Positions 50,916 to 57,925 of a stretch of DNA of 64,000 nt are shown here, one piece after another; positions within the stretch are counted from its first letter, which is position 1; each line of letters begins with the position of its first letter. The notes beneath the pieces were generated by a model that made no database searches, was not told the DNA's origin, and saw only the letters and a program-made list of their open reading frames with translations. The position numbers and the translations under genes were made by a program. Source of the DNA: Burkholderiales bacterium (GTDB lineage: Bacteria; Pseudomonadota; Gammaproteobacteria; Burkholderiales; SG8-41); assembly GCA_030683105.1 (NCBI GenBank), contig JAUXMZ010000069.1:11665-75664 (forward strand), in the 5' to 3' direction.

Positions 50916-52337
50916 CTATTTGCCCGGCTTGGCCGGACGGATTGGCCCACCGAAGACGTGTTCGTCCAACTGCCAGCGCGAAGCAAGTGTTTCGACTGCA
51001 TTCAGGATTTCCTCGGCGCGAGTCGGATGGTTGTAGGCTGCTCCGGCCAGTTTTTTAAGGGCATCGCCGGTACCGAACTCCACGCCCAGAATGTGTATCA
51101 ACTCGGAAGCATCCTTGCCGACGATCTCGGCCCCAAGCAGGCGGCCGCTGTCCATGTCGGCGATCAGGCGCACGAAGCCGCGTGCATCACCCTGCCCGAG
51201 CGCGGCGGGATTGACGCCGAACGCGGTAAAACCGACAGCGGGTTCGATGTCGCGGGCTTCGGCCAAATCCTCGTTTAATCCGATGCGCGCGAGTTCCAGT
51301 GCGGAATAGACGACTTCGGGCACCGCATCGTCATCTCGCTGCCGTGACTGCGGCGCGATGATGTTCGCCACGGCGACTGCCGCCTCCGCCAGCGCGTGAT
51401 TGGAGGTCATCGCCCGGTTTGCCACATCGCCTATGGCATAAACCGATGGGGCGCTCGTCTGCTGGCAGGCATCGACCTTGATGTATCCCTCGCCATCGAT
51501 ATCAACCTCCGCCGCAGCCAGTCCCAGACCGGCCGTGTGCGGCACGCGGCCTGCGCCCAGCAACACCCAGTCGACGGTCTCCCGGGTGCCGTCCGGCAGC
51601 GTCAGTATCACGCCAGCCGCGCCGACCTCGGCCGCCGTCACACGGCTCGCGGTTCGCGGCCGGATACCGAGGGCGGAACACGCTTCCTGCAAAGCCTTGA
51701 GCGCCGGCGCGCTGTAGGCGCTGCGCGACAGCGGTTCCTGTTGCATCAGCCAGACGACGTCGAGCCCGAACATGCTGAGTATGAATGCAAATTCAGCACC
51801 AATCACGCCCGAACCGATCAGCGCGACGCGTTTACCGGCGGGCGGCTCGCGGTCAAACAGGTCATCGGTCGTAAGTATGCGGTCCCGGACGGGCTGAAGG
51901 TTTGAGGGAACGAAAGGTGACGAGCCCGTGGCTACGATCACGTGCGCGGCAGCTACCTGAATTTCATCCCCCACGGCCAGGGTATTGCGATCGAGAAAAC
52001 GCGCGGCGCCCTGCATTGTCCTGACACCGAGTCGGTTCAGATAGTCGGTATAGCTCTCGCGCACTTTGGCCACGACACCGCGCTGATGATGCCAGGCGCC
52101 GGACAGGTCGCCGCGCAGCGCGCCCTCGATCCCGCGCGCATCAAACTCGCGGCTGGCCTCGAGCAGGCGCGCGCTGTGATACCAGTCTTTCTTCGGCACG
52201 CAGCCGCGGTTAAGGCAACAGCCGCCCCACTGGTGTTTTTCGACGATGGCGACCTTGAGCCCGCGCAGCGCGGCCAGCACCGCGGCGCGGTAGCCGCCGG
52301 GCCCGGAACCGATGATGGCAAGGTCAAAGTTGTTCAT
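50916..52337 (-). CDS. Dihydrolipoyl dehydrogenase-like flavoprotein
   Basis: GSGPGG, GGCCLNRGCVPKK disulfide motif, GSGVIG, YAIGD, HPTRAE. Confidence 0.85.
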   Translation of the reverse strand: MNNFDLAIIGSGPGGYRAAVLAALRGLKVAIVEKHQWGGCCLNRGCVPKKDWYHSARLLEASREFDARGIEGALRGDLSGAWHHQRGVVAKVRESYTDYLNRLGVRTMQGAARFLDRNTLAVGDEIQVAAAHVIVATGSSPFVPSNLQPVRDRILTTDDLFDREPPAGKRVALIGSGVIGAEFAFILSMFGLDVVWLMQQEPLSRSAYSAPALKALQEACSALGIRPRTASRVTAAEVGAAGVILTLPDGTRETVDWVLLGAGRVPHTAGLGLAAAEVDIDGEGYIKVDACQQTSAPSVYAIGDVANRAMTSNHALAEAAVAVANIIAPQSRQRDDDAVPEVVYSALELARIGLNEDLAEARDIEPAVGFTAFGVNPAALGQGDARGFVRLIADMDSGRLLGAEIVGKDASELIHILGVEFGTGDALKKLAGAAYNHPTRAEEILNAVETLASRWQLDEHVFGGPIRPAKPGK

Positions 52338-52345
52338 AGAATCTA

Positions 52346-52758
52346 GCCACAGAGATCACAGAGATCACAGAGAAACTCGCTTGATTCCGTGTACGAGTTT
52401 TTCGGCACCAAAATTGATTATCAGGGCTCTCTTCAATCCTGTGACTGTCAGATAGGACAAGACCTGTGCGGTTGCAACTTCAGGAACAGTGCGCAGTGAT
52501 TTTATTTCTACCACAACCTGATTATTTACCAAGAGATCGAGCCGCTGGCCCTGAATGGCACAGTCCTTATATTTGACTTCCACAGCAACTTGCTTTTGAA
52601 AGGGCATGCCCCGAAGTGACACCTCATGGCACAACGCCTCCTGATAAATCGATTCCAGCAAACCCGGGCCAAGAAGCTTGTGCACCTCGACTGCGGCGCC
52701 AATTATCGCTTCGGTGAGATCATCACTCATCGTGGCCTGCCTTTATATACTCTGTGGC
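52346..52758 (-). mobile_element. GxxExxY cassette bounded by inverted nonamer-repeat arms (mobility inferred)
   Basis: gccacagagatcacagagatcacagaga at 52346-52373 and ctctgtggc ending 52758 enclose the ORF. Confidence 0.6.
52365..52730 (-). CDS. GxxExxY protein (PD-(D/E)XK nuclease fold)
   Basis: GPGLLESIY, RLDLLV...VVEIK, AQVLSYL, INFG; visibly AT-richer than neighbours. Confidence 0.93.
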   Translation of the reverse strand: MSDDLTEAIIGAAVEVHKLLGPGLLESIYQEALCHEVSLRGMPFQKQVAVEVKYKDCAIQGQRLDLLVNNQVVVEIKSLRTVPEVATAQVLSYLTVTGLKRALIINFGAEKLVHGIKRVSL

Positions 52759-52782
52759 AAAAAGCCACGTCAACCTTCATTC

Positions 52783-52859
52783 GCCACAGAGAGCGCAGAG
52801 TTCACAAAGAAAACCCCTTTAGTCGGGAAAAACTCTGTGTTCTCTGTGTCCTCTGTGGC
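52783..52859. repeat. Gene-less nonamer inverted element
   Basis: gccacagagagcgcagagttcacaaaga ... ctctgtgttctctgtgtcctctgtggc. Confidence 0.88.
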
Positions 52860-52865
52860 AAAAAA

Positions 52866-54302
52866 CTACACGAGAAAAACGGTAGCCAGTCCCAGGAAAA
52901 TAAAAAACCCCCCGCTATCCGTTATCGCGGTGATCATCACGCTCGCTCCCACCGCCGGATCGCGGCCGAGCTTTTGCATCAGCAACGGGATGGTCACGCC
53001 CATCACCGCGGCCAGCAGCAGATTAAGGACCATCGCGCTGGTCATCACCACGCCCAATTGCCAGCTGTGATAAATCAGGAAGGCGAACAGGCCCACCACG
53101 CTGCCCCAGATCAGGCCGTTTAACGCGCTGACGCCGATTTCCTTGGCAAACAGCTTGCGCGCGCTCGTCGTCGTGATCTGGCCCAGCGCAAGGGCGCGCA
53201 CGATCATGGTGATGGTCTGGTTGCCGGAATTGCCGCCGATGCCGGCAATGATGGGCATCAGCGCCGCCAGGGCCACGATGCTGGCGATCGAGTCCTCGAA
53301 CACCCCGATCACCCGCGATGCGATGAACGCCGTCACCAGGTTGATCGCCAGCCAGGCCCAGCGGTTTTTCACGCTCTTCCATACCGAGGCGAACAGGTCT
53401 TCATCTTCGCGCAGACCGCCGGCGGACAGCATATCGCTGTCGGTTGCTTCACGGATGAAATCGACCACGGCATTGACCGTGACGCGCCCGATCAGGCGGC
53501 CAGCGCCGTCGACGACCGGTGCCGACACCAGATCGTAGCGTTCGAACGCGAGCGCCGCATCCTGGGCCTTTTCATCCGGATGAAAATCAACCAGTTCCCT
53601 GACCATCACCGATTCGACCAGGGTTTCGGGATCGGCAATCAGCAGCCGGTTGGTCGGCAGCAGGCCCTTCAGGTGTTCTTCGCGGTCGACCACGAACAAC
53701 TGGTCGGTATGGTCCGGCATTTCCTCGAACCGCCGCAGGTAACGCAGCACGACCTCCACCGTGACGTCGTCGCGCACGCTGATCACATCGAAGTCCATCA
53801 GCGCACCGACCGAGTCCTCCGGATACGACATCGCCGAGCGCAGCTGCTCGCGTTCCTCGACCGGCAGCGACTTGAACACATCGAGAATAACCTCGCGCGG
53901 CAGGTCGGGCGCAAGATCGGCGATCTCGTCGGTGTCGAGCTGGCCGGTGGCGGCGACCAGTTCGTGCTCGTCCATGTGCGCGATCAGCGTCTCGCGCACC
54001 GCATCGGAGACTTCCAGCAGGATATCGCCGTCGCGCTCCGCCCTGACGAGATCCCAGACGATCAGCCGCTGCTCGACGGGCAGCGCTTCGAGTATGTTCG
54101 CAACGTCGGCGGGATGGAGCTTGTCGAGCAGCTTTTGCAGCTCGACCAGGTGCAGCTTGTGCACCAGCGTCTCGACCAGTTCCTGGCGCGGCCCTTCCTG
54201 GCGGTGGACGAGATTCTCCACCAGCTCGTGCTTGTGCAATAGCGCAGTCACCTGCTCCAGGCTCTCCTGCACGCCAGCACGGATGTCTTCAGGTTCGGTC
54301 AT
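52866..54302 (-). CDS. mgtE: Magnesium transporter MgtE
   Basis: LHPAD, CBS pair, GGNSGNQT, DPA...TAITD. Confidence 0.94.
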   Translation of the reverse strand: MTEPEDIRAGVQESLEQVTALLHKHELVENLVHRQEGPRQELVETLVHKLHLVELQKLLDKLHPADVANILEALPVEQRLIVWDLVRAERDGDILLEVSDAVRETLIAHMDEHELVAATGQLDTDEIADLAPDLPREVILDVFKSLPVEEREQLRSAMSYPEDSVGALMDFDVISVRDDVTVEVVLRYLRRFEEMPDHTDQLFVVDREEHLKGLLPTNRLLIADPETLVESVMVRELVDFHPDEKAQDAALAFERYDLVSAPVVDGAGRLIGRVTVNAVVDFIREATDSDMLSAGGLREDEDLFASVWKSVKNRWAWLAINLVTAFIASRVIGVFEDSIASIVALAALMPIIAGIGGNSGNQTITMIVRALALGQITTTSARKLFAKEIGVSALNGLIWGSVVGLFAFLIYHSWQLGVVMTSAMVLNLLLAAVMGVTIPLLMQKLGRDPAVGASVMITAITDSGGFFIFLGLATVFLV

Positions 54303-54608
54303 TTTATTATTGTGCGTCGTAAATCATATTACGGCGCTCATCCCTCATCCCCGAACCTGCTCCCGGAAAACGCAGGAAATCGCGAGGTGTGTATGGGCTG
54401 TCACCCATTTACATCACAATAATACGAGTGACTGCTGCCGTGAGGTCACATTCTATGAACATCGGGCTGCGGTGTCTAAACTTTTATGGCATTAACAGGC
54501 GGGGCAGGCGAAAGCCGGGGCGTAAAGATGAGACGGATTGTTCGGTCTGATACCGGGCAGCGCTCAGACAAGCTTGATACCGGCGCGGGATTTAAAAATG
54601 CAGGGCGA

Positions 54609-54638
54609 TAAAAAGGGGCGCCGAAGCGCCCCTTTTAT
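54609..54638 (-). terminator. Intrinsic terminator of porin (bidirectional)
   Basis: aaaaggggcgc-cgaa-gcgcccctttt. Confidence 0.85.
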
Positions 54639-54657
54639 ACAGCTGTTACTGAATAGC

Positions 54658-55815
54658 TTAGAACGCGTGCTTCATGCTGACCACAAACGCGCTGGCGCTG
54701 TCACCAAATTTGACGCTGGTCTCACTAGAGTTAAGCGGTGTCAGGTTGTAGAACCCGGCGGAATCGTTGTTCAGACGAACATACGAAACGCCGGCGCTGG
54801 TGCGCTTGGACAGCGCGTGGGTGTAACCGATCTGCCACTGCTTGGCGCCGGTGTTTTCGCCGCCACCACCCGCGACTTTGTACTCACCCGCGCGGGTGTA
54901 ACCGAACAGGATGGAGCCGGGGCCGGTCAGGTTGTACTGCAGCGCCACGTTCCAGGATTTGCGCTTGACGTCACCGCCAATGCCGTCGTCACCCTTGAGG
55001 TCGGTATAGGTCAGGCCGCCTTTGAATTGACCCATGGTGTAGGTGCCGCCGATCAGCCATGCGGTGTCTTTCGAGGTCTTCGTCGAAGCAGCAGCACTGG
55101 CGCGATTCTCATCTTGCTTGGCGTAGGCAGCCGCGAGGGTTATCGGGCCTTGAGTCCAGTCGACACCGATGCCGATCTCACGACCTTTGCCGGCATCCGT
55201 CGAGTCAACCTGCGTCGCCGCGCTGGTGTTGTTAGCGATCTGCATCGCAGCCTTGGTGCTGGTGAACTGTGCGTTGACGGTCGCGCCGCCGAACTTCGGC
55301 GACTGGTAGTTGATGGAATCGCTGTTGCGGTTGGAGAAGCTGAATACTGCGCCGGAGAGCAGCATGTGCTGCGCGCCGAGCCAGCCGGTTTCGTTCACCA
55401 TACGGGTCTTGCCCGACGCTTGCTTGATGGGCGAATCCCAGGTGCCGACGAACACGTTGCCGAAGCCGCCTTTCAGGCCAATCGCGCTGTTGCGATCGCA
55501 GATGGAACCGCTGGTGCGAGCCGAACCGCTCAGAAAGCGCACGTCGGATTCGCACTGGAACCAGGCGCTCATGCCGCCGCCGAGTTTCTCTTCGCCTTTG
55601 AAGCCCAGGTTGGAGGCGCCGGAGCCGAGGCCATCAGCGTTGTCACGGTTTGCACCCGCTAAAAAACCAGGGGTACCCGCGGCAGGTTGCTTGACCTGAA
55701 CACCGTATTCCGCGTTGAACGTGCCGTACAGTTGCACGGTGCTCGCTTGCGCAAACACTACTGCCGGTGCGGCCAGGGCACCTGCAACAGCGACTGCCAT
55801 TAATTTCTTGTTCAT
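54658..55815 (-). CDS. Outer membrane porin (betaproteobacterial general porin)
   Basis: Signal peptide, VQLYG, GFKGEEKLGGG, LSKRT, C-terminal HAF. Confidence 0.93.
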   Translation of the reverse strand: MNKKLMAVAVAGALAAPAVVFAQASTVQLYGTFNAEYGVQVKQPAAGTPGFLAGANRDNADGLGSGASNLGFKGEEKLGGGMSAWFQCESDVRFLSGSARTSGSICDRNSAIGLKGGFGNVFVGTWDSPIKQASGKTRMVNETGWLGAQHMLLSGAVFSFSNRNSDSINYQSPKFGGATVNAQFTSTKAAMQIANNTSAATQVDSTDAGKGREIGIGVDWTQGPITLAAAYAKQDENRASAAASTKTSKDTAWLIGGTYTMGQFKGGLTYTDLKGDDGIGGDVKRKSWNVALQYNLTGPGSILFGYTRAGEYKVAGGGGENTGAKQWQIGYTHALSKRTSAGVSYVRLNNDSAGFYNLTPLNSSETSVKFGDSASAFVVSMKHAF

Positions 55816-56147
55816 TTAGTAAATCTCCTTTTAAGTTTTTCACCGCTGGGGATATCTGTTCGTATTGCGACAACCCCAACTGCTTTCCCCTCCCCAAACG
55901 GTGAGGTCGAGATCATTCTGCCAAACGGCGCCGCCCGACCGCAACAAAAACGTGACTTTTTCTCTGTATTTCCATCGGGTTGTTGCATCAATGCAACATG
56001 ATGAATGAGGTTTGAGGTTTGCTTCCAATTTGGCTGCGATGCCGTCTGCCTGATCGGTGAAATTTTAATTATCTCATTATAATCAATGGCATATGAATAA
56101 AATACCTTAACAGCGCGAGCCGTGAGCGGTAAGCGTCCGTGTGGTCC

Positions 56148-56171
56148 GTAGGGCGGGACGGGATTCCCGCC
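56148..56171 (+). repeat. GTAG-tagged REP-like palindrome
   Basis: GTAG-GGCGGGA-cgggat-TCCCGCC. Confidence 0.5.
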
Positions 56172-56466
56172 GCCAAGCAAGCCCCGAAGGGGGTGCCGCG
56201 AACCAAGCCCGCATCAAGTACATCCTTCAACAGCGTATTAATTGTAATTGCACAGAGAGACGCCATAACTTGCTGTATTTATTCATTATAATTTGTTATT
56301 GATTAAGGGATTTTAACGGTGTTTAGATCGGCGCACCCGTCAGGCGGGTATTGAAATGAATTCATCGGCGGCTGATTGATTTTGTTACGGTCTATACGGA
56401 ACGCCGGGTGGTCTGATCCGACCGCGATACGGCATTTTGCCGGCCGTGAAAAGTGGCAAGCGTTGC

Positions 56467-56495
56467 TTGATTTGATCAAAATGGCCATTTAAAAT
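56467..56495 (+). promoter_or_regulatory. TA operon promoter with palindromic operators
   Basis: TTGATT - 17 nt - TAAAAT overlapped by palindromes tttgatcaaa and aaatggccattt. Confidence 0.65.
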
Positions 56496-56501
56496 ACGGA
56501 A

Positions 56502-56747
56502 ATGGACATTACGGTTACAGAGTTCAAGCACCACTGCCTGAAGATCATCCGCCGCGTGGAAGAAACCGGCAGGCCGGTCGCTATCACGCGCCGCGGCAAG
56601 GTGGTTGCGCGCCTGAATCCTTCGGGAGTGGCTGCGGGGCCCGGCAATCTGGCGCCCTGGGAGCAGTTGCGCGCGCTCGGTGGGCGGCTGCTGGCCAAGC
56701 CGGACGAATCGGTGCTGCGCGACGAGGATTTCGAGGCGTTGCGTTGA
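56502..56747 (+). CDS. Phd/YefM family antitoxin
   Basis: ITVTEFK...V.ITRRGK.VARL. Confidence 0.88.
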   Translation: MDITVTEFKHHCLKIIRRVEETGRPVAITRRGKVVARLNPSGVAAGPGNLAPWEQLRALGGRLLAKPDESVLRDEDFEALR

Positions 56748-57145
56748 GCGTTCTGCTCGACACGCATATCTGGGTGTGGTGGTTAACGCCGGGTTCTCCG
56801 CTATCGCGCGACGAGCGCAATGCGCTCGACACCAAAGCTGTGCGCCGCGAGTTGTTCCTGCCGGCGATCAGCCTCTGGGAAGCCCAGGTGCTGCATGCCA
56901 AGCGGCGGCTCGAACTGCCGCTGCCTTTCGCCGAATGGCTCGCCCGCGCCAGCGACGAGAGGATGATTTCGGTGCTGCCGCTCAGCGTGGAGGTGGTACT
57001 CGCGCTTGACTTGCTGCCGGCGTCGTTTCACGGCGATCCTGCCGACCGGCTCATAGTCGCAACCGCCCGCGCGCATGCACTGCCGCTCGCCACGCACGAC
57101 ACCGCCGTCCGTCGCTCCCGGATCGTGAAACTGTGGAAACCATGA
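56744..57145 (+). CDS. VapC/PIN-domain toxin
   Basis: LLDTH, ISLWE, HGDPADRLIVATA, LATHD. Confidence 0.92.
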   Translation: MSVLLDTHIWVWWLTPGSPLSRDERNALDTKAVRRELFLPAISLWEAQVLHAKRRLELPLPFAEWLARASDERMISVLPLSVEVVLALDLLPASFHGDPADRLIVATARAHALPLATHDTAVRRSRIVKLWKP

Positions 57146-57231
57146 ACGCCACGACGCAATTTACGTCTTTTCAATACGATCCCTCAAATCCCCAGCGCTT
57201 TCATCTAGCAGCCTGTCGGGCTTGGCCCATT

Positions 57232-57531
57232 CTACGCACGGGCGATGTCCGCATGCAGCTTCACGCCTAGGGCGCGTATCACTTTCAGGATGGTGGCAAA
57301 GCTCGGATTTCCCTCGCCGGACAGCGCCTTGTAAAGGCTTTCGCGTCCCAGTCCGGTCTCGCGAGCAAGCTGGCTCATGCCACGGGCACGAGCGATATTA
57401 CCCAGCGCCTTGGCGATGAAGGCCGGATCGTCGCCGGCCTCCTCGAGGCAGGCGTCCAGATACAGCGCGATATCCTCATCGCTGTTCAGATGCTCGGCAC
57501 TATCCCACTTCCGCAGTTTGATTTTTCCCAT
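57232..57531 (-). CDS. Addiction-module antidote (HTH, HI1420-like)
   Basis: WDSAEHL, ARARGMSQLARETGL.RESLYKALS..GNP. Confidence 0.9.
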   Translation of the reverse strand: MGKIKLRKWDSAEHLNSDEDIALYLDACLEEAGDDPAFIAKALGNIARARGMSQLARETGLGRESLYKALSGEGNPSFATILKVIRALGVKLHADIARA

Positions 57532-57533
57532 TT

Positions 57534-57830
57534 TTAACTCTCCAAGTCGCGCGCCACCCTCAGCGCGGTTTTAATGTCGGCCTGCTGCGTGGACTTATCT
57601 CCTCCAGCCAGAAGGATCACCCAATCGCGCCCAAAGCGCTTGAAATACACGCGATAACCCGCCCCATAGTGGACGCGCATTTCGGATACGCCCTTGCCCA
57701 CAGGCCGGCAATCGCCGAAATTTCCTTCCTCCGCGCGGTCGATCCGCGCCTGAATACGCGCCTTTGCTATCCGGTCACGCAACCCCTCGAACCAAGCGTC
57801 AAATATCTCCGTGGTTTGAATCGTGTTCAC
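57534..57830 (-). CDS. RelE/ParE-family addiction-module toxin (HI1419-like)
   Basis: GNFGD, GVSEMR..YGAGYRVY, LL.GGDKSTQQADI. Confidence 0.9.
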   Translation of the reverse strand: MNTIQTTEIFDAWFEGLRDRIAKARIQARIDRAEEGNFGDCRPVGKGVSEMRVHYGAGYRVYFKRFGRDWVILLAGGDKSTQQADIKTALRVARDLES

Positions 57831-57925
57831 AATGCATATTGTATGTTATGGGATACGGTACGTCCAGCCTGCGCAGGATGCGGTTCCTGCGTCACCCAAC
57901 TTGCCATGGCGTAATCGCCTGAACG

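Noticed and set aside
54338-54352. tcatccc x2 upstream of mgtE
   Set aside because: Only two units and no partner arm; could be chance
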